Origin: an uncultured Solibacteraceae bacterium
GTDB lineage: Bacteria > Acidobacteriota > Terriglobia > Bryobacterales > Bryobacteraceae
DNA: 64,000 bases
Reading direction: 5' to 3'
Assembly (NCBI GenBank): GCA_964384215.1
Contig: CAYLLB010000014.1
Coordinates: forward strand, 25,943-89,942
How positions within the stretch are numbered: position 1 is the stretch's first letter; each line of letters begins with the position of its first letter. Below, one piece after another: positions 18,875 to 27,161 of this stretch. Both the position numbers and the translations under genes were made by a program. The notes beneath the pieces are model-generated. The model did no database searches. It had not been told where the DNA came from and saw nothing but the letters and a program-made list of their open reading frames with translations.

Positions 18875-20977
18875 TCAGCGCATCACCAGGTAACCGAGAA
18901 TCAATGCCACGCCCATCACGAACACCAGAGCGTAGGACTGTACGAACCCGGTTTGCAGGGTACGCACCGGGTAACTGGACATCTTGACCAGGAAAGAAGT
19001 CAGCCGCACCGCGCCGTCCACGATCCAGGTGTCCCACCAGACGCTCACGCGCGAAGTGAAGCGCGTCAGCCAGCCGGCGCCGTTCACTCCTCCGTCCACC
19101 ACGCGCGAGTCGAAGACGCCCAGCGCCGTGCCGCCGCCCTTGGCGAGGCCGTTCACGAACAGGAAGTCGTAAGCCTCGTCCACGCGCCACTTGTGCAACG
19201 CCCAGTCGTAAAGCGGCCCGGAGGCGCGCGCAAGTTCGCCGGCCGCGGCGGGTTTCACGATGTAGAGATAACGCGCGAGAGCGATACCGGCGAGCGCGAG
19301 GGCCACTGAGGTTCCCATTAACAGCCACTCGGTGGAAGCGCCGTGCGCCGCATGCTCCCCCACGGCTTCGACTGCCGCGCCGCCTAGCGCTGGCGCAAGC
19401 CAATGTTCGAAAGCGCGAAAACCTTCGCCAAAGACGCCCCAGATCTTGGGCACGCCGATCCAGCCGGCCAGCACGCTGCCTGCGGCCAGCACCTGGAGAG
19501 GCACCGTCATCACCTTGGGCGACTCGTGGATGTGCGCGGCCGCCTTCGGATCAACGCGCGATGCGCCATAAAAGGTCATGAACATCAGCCGCCACATGTA
19601 GAACGCCGTCATGAAAGCCGTCAAGGCGGCCACCGCCCAGACGATCTTCGATCCGCCGGGCGAACTGTAGATCTGCCACAGAATCTCGTCTTTCGAGAAG
19701 AAGGCCGCCAGCCCTGGAATTCCCGCAATAGCCAGCGAACCGATGAACATGGTGCGGAAGGTGACCGGGATCTTGTCCTTCAACCCGCCCATCTTGCGCA
19801 TATCCTGTTCTCCGGAAAGGGCGTGGATCACCGATCCCGAACCGAGGAACAGCAGGGCCTTGAAGAACGCGTGCGTATACAGGTGGAAGATTGCCACCCA
19901 ATAAGCGCCCACGCCCGCGGCCATGAACATGTAGCCAAGCTGGGAAACCGTCGAGTACGCCAGCACGCGCTTGATGTCGTTCTGCACCAAGGCGATGGTG
20001 GCGGCCAGAAACGCCGTGAAGCAGCCCACGGCGACCACGATCATGCTGGTCTCCGGCGTCAGGCGGTACAACGCGTTCGAGCGAGCCACCATGTAAACGC
20101 CCGCCGTCACCATGGTGGCAGCGTGGATAAGGGCCGATACCGGCGTCGGGCCTTCCATGGCATCCGGCAGCCAGACATACAGCGGGAACTGCGCGCTCTT
20201 GCCCGTGGCGCCGATGAAAAGCAGCAACGCCATCGCGCTCAGCACGCCGAAGCCCGCGGTTTCCGACGTGAACGCGCCGCTCGTGAGAGCCTTGTTCACA
20301 TCCAGGAAGCGCAGCGAGCCGAGCACGTTCATCATCAGAAACATTCCCAGCAGAAAGCCGGCGTCGCCGATGCGATTCACAATGAACGCTTTCTTGCCCG
20401 CGTCGGCGGCCGACTTCCTGTTGAAGTAGAACCCGATCAGCAGGTAACTGCACAACCCCACGCCTTCCCACCCGACGAACATCAGCGCGTAGTTGTTGGC
20501 CAGCACCAGCATGAGCATGAAGAACACGAACAAGTTCAGATAGCCGAAATAGCGGTAGTATCCGCCGTCGTGCGCCATGTAGCCGACCGAATAGACATGG
20601 ATCACGAAGCCGACGCCGGTGACCACCAGGATCATCACCGCACTGAGCGGATCGAGCAGGAATCCCCAGTCGGCCTGAAATATGCTCTGTACGCCGTTGG
20701 CCATGTGGAACGGCATGCCCGCGAGCCAGGTGAACTGGATCACCTGATGGATCTTTTCAGGAAGGGCGGACAACTGGACCGTTGCTGCGAGCGACAGCAG
20801 AAACGACACCAGCACGGTGCCAGGACACAGCAGGCTTATCACGGCCTTCGACGGGGGACTGGGGCGATGGTCTCCGCCGGCGTGTTGCGGGTCCAGCCAT
20901 CTGCCGATGAACAGCATGACAGCGGCGCCCGCGAGCGGAAACAGGGGAATGAGCCAGATCAGATCGAGGAAATTCAT
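18875..20977 (-). CDS. nuoL: NADH-quinone oxidoreductase subunit L
   Basis: 700 aa. WLPDAMEGPTPVSALIHAATMVTAGV motif and a long C-terminal extension typical of NuoL/ND5. Confidence 0.9.
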   Translation of the reverse strand: MNFLDLIWLIPLFPLAGAAVMLFIGRWLDPQHAGGDHRPSPPSKAVISLLCPGTVLVSFLLSLAATVQLSALPEKIHQVIQFTWLAGMPFHMANGVQSIFQADWGFLLDPLSAVMILVVTGVGFVIHVYSVGYMAHDGGYYRYFGYLNLFVFFMLMLVLANNYALMFVGWEGVGLCSYLLIGFYFNRKSAADAGKKAFIVNRIGDAGFLLGMFLMMNVLGSLRFLDVNKALTSGAFTSETAGFGVLSAMALLLFIGATGKSAQFPLYVWLPDAMEGPTPVSALIHAATMVTAGVYMVARSNALYRLTPETSMIVVAVGCFTAFLAATIALVQNDIKRVLAYSTVSQLGYMFMAAGVGAYWVAIFHLYTHAFFKALLFLGSGSVIHALSGEQDMRKMGGLKDKIPVTFRTMFIGSLAIAGIPGLAAFFSKDEILWQIYSSPGGSKIVWAVAALTAFMTAFYMWRLMFMTFYGASRVDPKAAAHIHESPKVMTVPLQVLAAGSVLAGWIGVPKIWGVFGEGFRAFEHWLAPALGGAAVEAVGEHAAHGASTEWLLMGTSVALALAGIALARYLYIVKPAAAGELARASGPLYDWALHKWRVDEAYDFLFVNGLAKGGGTALGVFDSRVVDGGVNGAGWLTRFTSRVSVWWDTWIVDGAVRLTSFLVKMSSYPVRTLQTGFVQSYALVFVMGVALILGYLVMR

Positions 20978-20987
20978 CGTGCGCGCC

Positions 20988-21299
20988 TCACCACTTGAGC
21001 AGTTCGATCTCGTCCGCCTGGACGGTTTCCTTGTTGCGGAACAACGCGATCAGGACGCCCAGGCCGACGGCGGCTTCCGCCACCGCCACCGTGATGACGA
21101 AGATGGCGAAGACCTGCCCCGTCACATGGCCGAAGTGCCTGGAGAACGCGATCAGGTTGATGTTGACGGCGTTCAGAATCAGCTCAATGGACATGAGTAT
21201 GATCACGATGTTGCGGCGCGTGAGCACGCCTAGCGTGCCGATGAGAAGCAATGCCGCGCTCAGGATCATGTAGTGCGTTGTCGTGATTGGGTAGAGCAC
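20988..21299 (-). CDS. nuoK: NADH-quinone oxidoreductase subunit K
   Basis: Track ORF 20988..21536 trimmed to the GTG at 21299, 2 nt after the nuoJ stop (alternative ATG at 21269). ...[39 protein letters not shown] is the NuoK/ND4L signature. Confidence 0.8.
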   Translation of the reverse strand: MLYPITTTHYMILSAALLLIGTLGVLTRRNIVIILMSIELILNAVNINLIAFSRHFGHVTGQVFAIFVITVAVAEAAVGLGVLIALFRNKETVQADEIELLKW

Positions 21300-21301
21300 G
21301 A

Positions 21302-21805
21302 TTAAACCCTCTTCTTGGCCATGATGACGCTGCCGACAATCGCCGCCAGCAACAACAGCGAGGCCACCTCGAACGGCAACAGATAATCTTCGAAAAGAAC
21401 CTTGGCGATCGTTTCGACGTTCCCTTCGCCCGAAGGCGTCACCGGCGCGGCCAGGCGCAATGCCGGTGCACCCTGGCGCAGGAAGTAGTACACTAGCGCG
21501 CCCACGGCGGCCACCGCGGCCAGAGCGAGCCACCATTGCTTATTGAACTGGCGTAGTTTGGCCGCTTCGTCCAGGTTCACCAGCATAATGACGAACAGGA
21601 AAAGCACCATGACTCCGCCGATGTAAAGCACGATCTGCACGGCGAACAGGAACTCGGCCTTCTGGAGTAGAAAGAGGCCGGCCACGCCGACGAGCGAGAC
21701 AATCAGCGAGATGGCGCTGTGAACGGCATTCCGGCGCGAGATGGTCAGGATACCGCCAAGCAAGGTGACGAACGCAAATATGTAAAAGAAGACCGTGTCC
21801 AGCAT
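21302..21805 (-). CDS. nuoJ: NADH-quinone oxidoreductase subunit J
   Basis: 167-aa membrane protein [34 protein letters not shown], NuoJ/ND6-like. Position between nuoI and nuoK. Confidence 0.85.
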   Translation of the reverse strand: MLDTVFFYIFAFVTLLGGILTISRRNAVHSAISLIVSLVGVAGLFLLQKAEFLFAVQIVLYIGGVMVLFLFVIMLVNLDEAAKLRQFNKQWWLALAAVAAVGALVYYFLRQGAPALRLAAPVTPSGEGNVETIAKVLFEDYLLPFEVASLLLLAAIVGSVIMAKKRV

Positions 21806-21835
21806 TTCAGTGTCGGTTGAGCCGCCTCATGGCAA

Positions 21836-22291
21836 TCAGAACTTGTAACGCTTGGGCCTTGGCCCCTCCTCGAGCATCTGCCGGTCCCAGATGGCTCCCT
21901 CGCGTGAGTAACTGGCGAGTTCGAAGTCCTGGGTCAGTTCGAGCGCGTCCACCGGGCAGGCGTCTTCGCACAATCCGCAGAACATGCAGCGGGATGTGTC
22001 GTAAGTGAAGGTGGTTAGTTCCTTGCGGCGGGTCTGCTCGTTGCGCTCGCTCGATACGACAATGAGCGATTCCGGGCAGGCTTTGGCGCACAGGTCGCAG
22101 GCGATGCACAGCGTCTCGCCCGTCTCCGGGTTGGTGTTCAGCCGCGGCGCGCCGCGATAACGCTCGGCCACCTTGGGCCGTTCAGCGGGGTACTGCTCCG
22201 TGCAGATGTTCTTCGGATTGCTAGAGCGCAGCGTCACCCTGAGTCCCTGGATCAAATCGACCAGGAAGACTGTCCGCAAAAACTTCCGCAT
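21836..22291 (-). CDS. nuoI: NADH-quinone oxidoreductase subunit I (2x[4Fe-4S] ferredoxin)
   Basis: Two CxxCxxCxxxCP motifs (CIACDLCAKACP, CMFCGLCEDACP), 151 aa. Confidence 0.9.
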   Translation of the reverse strand: MRKFLRTVFLVDLIQGLRVTLRSSNPKNICTEQYPAERPKVAERYRGAPRLNTNPETGETLCIACDLCAKACPESLIVVSSERNEQTRRKELTTFTYDTSRCMFCGLCEDACPVDALELTQDFELASYSREGAIWDRQMLEEGPRPKRYKF

Positions 22292-22330
22292 AAACCTCCT
22301 TACCCCGTACGGGCCCGATATATCCGGCCC

Positions 22331-23443
22331 CTACCGGTCCACTTCGCCGAGGACGATGTCGATCGTGCCGATGACGGCGACCACGTCGGCTATCAATGCG
22401 CCGCGCGCCATCTTGTCCAGCGACTGCAAGTTCACGAAGGACGGCGGACGCACGCGCACCCGGTAAGGATGCGTGGAGCCGTCGCTTACTATGTAGTACC
22501 CTAGCTCGCCCTTCGCTGCCTCGATGGAAACATAAACCTCGCCCACAGGCGGCTTGATGAGCTTCGGAATCTTCGCCATGATGGGCCCCGGTGGGATATC
22601 CTGCACCGCCTGCCGGATAATGCGGGTGCTCTGCCGCATCTCTTGCACGCGCACCATGTAACGATCGTAAGTGTCGCCGTTGGTGCGCGTGGGAATCTCG
22701 AAATCGTATTTGTCGTAACCGGAGTACGGCATCGCTTTGCGGATGTCCCACTTGACGCCGGCGGCACGCAGCATAGGCCCGGTCACGCCGTAAGCCTTGC
22801 AGTCGTCCGCATTCAATACGCCGATGTTGGTCAGCCGGTCGACCCACATGCGATTATTCGTGAGCAGTTCCTCGTACTCGTCCACTTTGGACGGGAACAT
22901 ATCGCAGAACTTGAGGATGTCCTGCTCGAAACCGTCATAGATGTCGTATTGCAACCCGCCGATGCGGAAAGCGTGAGTGGTCAGGCGCGCGCCGCAGTAT
23001 TTCTCCAAGATGTTGAGCGTATCCTCCCGCTCGCGCATGACATAAAACAGCGGCGTGAGGGCCCCGATATCCAACGCGTGTGTCCCCAGCCAAACCAGGT
23101 GGCTGCTCAGGCGGTTCAGTTCCGTGAGGATGACCCGGATCACTTGCGCACGCGGAGGCGCCTCCACGCCCAGCAATTTCTCCACCGCCAGGCAGTAGCC
23201 CAAGCCATTGCAGACCGCCGCGCAGTAATCCATGCGGTCCACGTAAGGCGCGAACATCTGATAGGTGCGGTTTTCTCCGATCTTCTCGACGCCACGGTGC
23301 AGGTAGCCGATGACGCACTCGGTGCCCATCACCTTTTCGCCGTCGAGTTTCAGGATGACGCGCAGCACGCCGTGCGTGGACGGATGCTGAGGGCCCATAT
23401 TCAGGACCAGTTCGGTGGAATCAAGAAATGTCGGTTGCGCCAT
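22331..23443 (-). CDS. nuoD: NADH-quinone oxidoreductase subunit D
   Basis: [15 protein letters not shown] near the N-terminus and DIVLGEVDR at the C-terminus are the NuoD/49-kDa subunit signatures. Confidence 0.92.
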   Translation of the reverse strand: MAQPTFLDSTELVLNMGPQHPSTHGVLRVILKLDGEKVMGTECVIGYLHRGVEKIGENRTYQMFAPYVDRMDYCAAVCNGLGYCLAVEKLLGVEAPPRAQVIRVILTELNRLSSHLVWLGTHALDIGALTPLFYVMREREDTLNILEKYCGARLTTHAFRIGGLQYDIYDGFEQDILKFCDMFPSKVDEYEELLTNNRMWVDRLTNIGVLNADDCKAYGVTGPMLRAAGVKWDIRKAMPYSGYDKYDFEIPTRTNGDTYDRYMVRVQEMRQSTRIIRQAVQDIPPGPIMAKIPKLIKPPVGEVYVSIEAAKGELGYYIVSDGSTHPYRVRVRPPSFVNLQSLDKMARGALIADVVAVIGTIDIVLGEVDR

Positions 23444-23449
23444 AGACAG

Positions 23450-24034
23450 CTATTGCCCGCTTTCGATGCCCACGTTCTCTTTCACCCACTCGTTATCCAT
23501 CTGCGTGATTCCATAATCCTTCCGCAGCGGGTGGCCATGCCATCCTTCCGGCATCAAGATGCGTTTCATGTCGGGATGGCCAGCGAACTCGATGCCGAAC
23601 ATGTCGTACACCTCGCGCTCGAGCCAGTTCGCCGTCAGGTGCACGTCCACCGCTGTCAGGGGACGGTAACCTTCCTTGATCCTGGTCTTGATGCGGATTC
23701 GCTGATTGCGGGCGAAACTGTAAAGGATGTAGACGAGGTCGAAGCGCTCCTCGCGCTTCGGATAGTCCACGGCGGTCACGTCCACCAGGTAGTCGAAGTC
23801 GGCTTCCAATTTGAGGAACTCGATGATGGGGATCACCGCCTCGGGAACCGCCACCAGGAACTCCTGGCCTTGGTAAATCGAAAACTCGCTGATCTGGTCG
23901 CCGAACTGCGACTTCAGCAACTGCGTCAGTTCGCTTTCCCAAGGTGTGACAGCCATGCCGGCCGGAGGTTTGGGCGCGGCTTGGGGTGGGGTTGCGGGAC
24001 GCGAAACCTCCCCCGGTTTCTTCTCATCGGGCAT
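23450..24034 (-). CDS. nuoC: NADH-quinone oxidoreductase subunit C
   Basis: [40 protein letters not shown] is the NuoC/30-kDa signature. A Pro/Ala-rich N-terminal extension is present. Confidence 0.9.
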   Translation of the reverse strand: MPDEKKPGEVSRPATPPQAAPKPPAGMAVTPWESELTQLLKSQFGDQISEFSIYQGQEFLVAVPEAVIPIIEFLKLEADFDYLVDVTAVDYPKREERFDLVYILYSFARNQRIRIKTRIKEGYRPLTAVDVHLTANWLEREVYDMFGIEFAGHPDMKRILMPEGWHGHPLRKDYGITQMDNEWVKENVGIESGQ

Positions 24035-24062
24035 CGGGTGTACCTCTGAGGTTCAATATCCC

Positions 24063-24092
24063 ATTACACACGTCGTTTGATCGAGGTGTCAA
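24063..24092 (-). promoter_or_regulatory. Candidate sigma70-type promoter of the nuoC-led operon
   Basis: Minus strand reads TTGACA (24092..24087), an 18-nt spacer, then TGTAAT (24068..24063). AGAGG lies 8 nt before the nuoC ATG at 24034. The surrounding 96-nt gap is relatively AT-rich. Confidence 0.5.
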
Positions 24093-24130
24093 ATCGGGAA
24101 TCTCTTGAGATGATTGTAGTTCTCCCGCCG

Positions 24131-24826
24131 CTAATCCAACCGGCGAATCACCGGCCCGCGCTCGCCCGGATCCTTCATGAGAGTAACGGCATACTTGCAT
24201 CCGGCCAGAGTCCCGCGCATCACGGCAAGGCTCTGGTAGTGGTCCCTATAGCGAAACTTGCCGTTGCCGCCTTCCCACATTGGAAACACCTCGCAGGCTT
24301 TGATCCAGGCGTCGTAAACGGCCGTGATATCCAGGTACAGGTCGGGCCGGTAGTTAGCGGGGTCTTCCCAGTTCTCGGCGAAGAGTAGGCGCGAGGCGAA
24401 GTGCGCCGCGAGATCCCGCTTGATGGCGGTCAGCCCCGCATAGAAGATCGCGTCGCGCACCACCAGGAACGTGTTCTGGTGGTCTTTGTGCCAGCTGCCC
24501 TGCCAGTGTGTGACGACGACGCGCGGGCGATGCTTGCGGATGAGATCGCAAACTTCGTAGGCGATACGATCGCCGCTGGGGATCTCCGCGTCGGGATAGG
24601 TCAGGAACTCGGTCACCGCGCCGATGGCCTTGGCGGCTTTGTTCATGGCCTCGCGCTGCATTTGGCCGTACTCGGCCGGCGTCACTGTGCGGGCGCCTTT
24701 TTCACCAAGCGACAGTGACACCAACACACCACTCCCACCGTTGTATATATGTTGCGCCACGGCGGGGCCCATGCTGAAGATCGCGTCGCCCGGGTGTGCC
24801 GCAATGGCCATGATTCCTGTAGACAT
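24131..24826 (-). CDS. PIG-L/LmbE-family deacetylase
   Basis: IMAIAAHPGDAIF (AHPDD-like) and HKDH motifs. ATG at 24826 is preferred over the track start at 24850, which is a TTG abutting a hairpin. Confidence 0.75.
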   Translation of the reverse strand: MSTGIMAIAAHPGDAIFSMGPAVAQHIYNGGSGVLVSLSLGEKGARTVTPAEYGQMQREAMNKAAKAIGAVTEFLTYPDAEIPSGDRIAYEVCDLIRKHRPRVVVTHWQGSWHKDHQNTFLVVRDAIFYAGLTAIKRDLAAHFASRLLFAENWEDPANYRPDLYLDITAVYDAWIKACEVFPMWEGGNGKFRYRDHYQSLAVMRGTLAGCKYAVTLMKDPGERGPVIRRLD

Positions 24827-24850
24827 GGCCAATACGTTATCACGTAACAA

Positions 24851-24873
24851 AGGCCGGGTAGTCGGCCCGGCCT
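24851..24873 (-). terminator. GC-rich hairpin followed by TTGTTA on the minus strand; candidate displaced terminator of tRNA-Arg
   Basis: Minus strand reads AGGCCGGG-ccgacta-CCCGGCCT (8-bp stem, 7-nt loop) then ttgtta. It lies 22 nt downstream of the partial tRNA 3'-end copy at 24896..24910. It could instead be a 5'-UTR element of the PIG-L gene. Confidence 0.35.
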
Positions 24874-24889
24874 TGAAGGGTTTCTATGA

Positions 24890-26293
24890 TTGCAGGTGGT
24901 ACGCCCGCGCGCTCGCTTCGGGCCTCCAAATTCCTCGTTCAGAACCGAAAACTCATCACTTGGACTGCGGGTGATAGACCCTGTGAAGCTTGCCTGCTAC
25001 ATTTCCATTGTTCCAGTGTTCAACAAAGCCTACGCCAACTGGATATACCGCTGGGAACGGCAACTCGCAAACCTGGATGGCAATCGCGTGATACGGCCGC
25101 TCGAGTGGGGCTTTGACTGGATCGCGCCGTTCCTGGAGGCGCACGGCTTCGGCTCCTACCAGCCTACGCCGGAGCAGGCACAGGACAGCACAACGGCCGA
25201 GGCGGCCATGTTGCGCATCAACGGACTGCTGCTTGAGCACAGCGATGTTTTCTTCGGCTACGAGGTGCCCACCGACTTCCGGATTGAAGAGCGTTATCCG
25301 GAACTTTTCCCCACCAACGTGCGTCCGGAAACACTCGCCAAAGGCGCCGCGCTCAAGCGGCAAGCTGCCGAGGGCAAGCTCAAGAGAGCGCAGTTCCTGC
25401 GTTTCACTTCGCCCGAACGAACGCCCTACGCGGAAAATAACCTTGTAAACGCCCGCTGGTATCCGGCGCCGGGGCACAAGGACGCCAAGCGGCCCAAGCA
25501 GGCCATCGTGGTGATACCGCAGTGGAATGCCGACGCCTTCAGCCACAACGCCCTGTGTCCCATCTTCAATAAGTTCGGCGTCTCAGCCCTGCGGCTCTCC
25601 ATGCCGTACCACGACATCCGCCGCCCCGGTGAATTGCAGCGCTCTGACTACGTCATGAGCGCCAACATTGGCCGCACGATGCCGGCCTGCCGCCAGGCGG
25701 TGGTCGATATTCGGTGTTGTCTGGACTGACTGGAACAGCGGGGCTACGAGCACTTGGGTGTGCTCGGCACCAGCCTTGGCTCCTGCTATGCGTGGATGGC
25801 GTCCACGCATGATCCCCGGCCGCGCGTGAACGTTTTCAACCACGTCTCGACGTTGTTTGGCGATGTGGCCTGGACCGGCCAGAGCACGCTCCACATTCGC
25901 GCTGGCCTGGAGGCCGCCGGCCTGACCCACGAGCGGATGCGCAAGCTATGGGCGGCCATCAGTCCGTGCAGTTACTATCACAAGATTGCGAGCCAAGAGG
26001 CGTATGGGTGCCAGAAACGCGTCCTAATCAACTACGCGCTGTATGATCTGACTTTCCCACTCGAGTACTCCTTAGAAGTGGTCAACTCCCTCAAGGAACT
26101 CGGCCTCGATCTCGAAGTGCACGCGCTGCCCTGGGGCCACTACACCACCGGCGAGACTCCGTTCCAGTACATCGATGGCTGGTTGATGAGTTCGTTTGTC
26201 TACCGGGCTTTCAAGGCGCTACCTGAGGGGAAGGTGGGACTCGATGCCACGGCCATCCCCGCCAATGCGGAGGAGGAGGCACTCACACGCTAG
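24890..26293 (+). pseudogene. Alpha/beta hydrolase interrupted by a single in-frame TGA (25727..25729)
   Basis: Track ORFs 24890..25729 and 25754..26293 are in the same frame (offset 864 nt). Read-through gives ...AVVDIRCCLD-*-LEQRGYEHLGVLGTSLGSCYAW. The stop sits where D-W/Y-L normally precedes the GxSxG elbow (compare FDYL...GMSMGS in the gene at 4861..5775). The true start is uncertain (TTG at 24890 or a downstream GTG). Confidence 0.65.
24896..24910 (-). repeat. 15-nt direct repeat identical to the 3' end of tRNA-Arg (att-like, distal copy)
   Basis: Plus strand gtggtacgcccgcgc at 24896..24910 is identical to 26427..26441. That sequence is 1 flanking nt, CCA, the discriminator base, the 7-nt acceptor 3' arm and 3 nt of the T-stem. 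Confidence 0.6.
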
Positions 26294-26426
26294 TCCAGGC
26301 GGTCCAGGCCAAGTCGGAGCAGCTTTGCCGGGTGTCTCGCCGAATTCGAGGCCGGGCACGTCAGCACTGACTACCATGGCATTGAGATCGAGCAGTGAGG
26401 GTAAGTCTGTTGGTCTTTGAAAAGGA

Positions 26427-26441
26427 GTGGTACGCCCGCGC
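26427..26441 (-). repeat. 15-nt direct repeat, proximal copy (3' end of the intact tRNA-Arg plus 1 nt)
   Basis: Identical 15-mer to 24896..24910, in the same orientation. Confidence 0.6.
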
Positions 26442-26504
26442 AGATTCGAACTGCGGACCTCTTGCTCCGGAGGCAAGCGCTCTATCCAGCTGAGCTACGG
26501 GCGC
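26428..26504 (-). tRNA. tRNA-Arg (anticodon CCG), CCA encoded
   Basis: Minus strand gcgcccgtagctcagctggatagagcgcttgcctCCGgagcaagaggtccgcagttcgaatctgcgcgggcgtacca. It folds by hand into a 77-nt cloverleaf: 7-bp acceptor stem with one G-U pair, D stem gctc/gagc, anticodon stem cttgc/gcaag, T stem cgcag/ctgcg with a TTCGAAT loop. Confidence 0.93.
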
Positions 26505-26550
26505 AACTAATACGTTTGTACGGGAAGCGTGGCGAGGAAGGGAAGCGCGC

Positions 26551-27138
26551 CTATGTGGTTTTCTTTTTCGCCGCAGTTTTTCGCACTGCGCCGGACCTCT
26601 TTGCAGCAGGTGTCGCGCCCTGGTTGAGCAGCGGCCCAATGATGCCGCGCAGCACTTTCTCTTCGTCTTTGAAAAACTCGTCGTCCTCTCCGCCGCGGAG
26701 CGCGCGCACAATGCCTTTGCGGTCGATGACCATCACTTGCGGCACGAGCAAGCGGATTTGTGGGGGGTGCTCCATGAATGCTACTGCCGCGTTGTACTCG
26801 CTGTAACCCACGGGGTAGGAAGCGCCGGTTTCGGCCACGAATCCCGGCAAGCCCAATTTCGGCATGAGATCGATGGCTACGCCGATACACTGCAACCCCT
26901 TCGGGCCCCACTCATTCTGCAGTTTCGTCAGCACCTTGGAGGCCGCTTTGCAGTGGGGACATGTGGTGAGGAGAAACTCGATGGCGACCACCTTGCCTCG
27001 CATGTGGCTCAGCAGAATCTGGCTGTCGTCGACCATGCGGATGGAGAACTCAGGCGCCGGACGCGGAATATTACCGGCCTGAGCCAGCGGAAACACGGTT
27101 GCCAAGGGCAATAGGGCGGTAAGAAAGCGGCGAGTCAC
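26551..27138 (-). CDS. TlpA-like thiol-disulfide oxidoreductase (thioredoxin fold), secreted, with Lys-rich C-terminal tail
   Basis: Signal peptide MTRRFLTALLPLATVFPLAQA. CPHC active site within VVAIEFLLTTCPHCK. Tail AAKRSGAVRKTAAKKKTT. Confidence 0.75.
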   Translation of the reverse strand: MTRRFLTALLPLATVFPLAQAGNIPRPAPEFSIRMVDDSQILLSHMRGKVVAIEFLLTTCPHCKAASKVLTKLQNEWGPKGLQCIGVAIDLMPKLGLPGFVAETGASYPVGYSEYNAAVAFMEHPPQIRLLVPQVMVIDRKGIVRALRGGEDDEFFKDEEKVLRGIIGPLLNQGATPAAKRSGAVRKTAAKKKTT

Positions 27139-27161
27139 AGGTCCTCCTTATGCAAATCAGT

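Noticed and set aside
19403-20998. Very long ORFs antisense to or overlapping real genes, for example 531 aa opposite nuoL. Others include 4255..5478, 8661..10229, 16089..17441, 22643..24049, 36934..38106, 42528..43817 and 44239..45618.
   Set aside because: These are typical shadow ORFs of GC-rich DNA. Their products are Arg/Gly/His/Pro-rich low-complexity strings with no recognisable motifs. The opposite strand in each case encodes a protein with clear family signatures.
25748-25765. Hairpin after the in-frame TGA as a bacterial SECIS element (selenocysteine recoding).
   Set aside because: The position corresponds to a structural Trp/Tyr, not a redox Cys/Sec site. The stem is explained by coding for the conserved EHLGVL strand. 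Its spacing of 18 nt is longer than in the classic fdhF-type element. No sel genes are visible in the window. A nonsense mutation or a sequencing error is more parsimonious.
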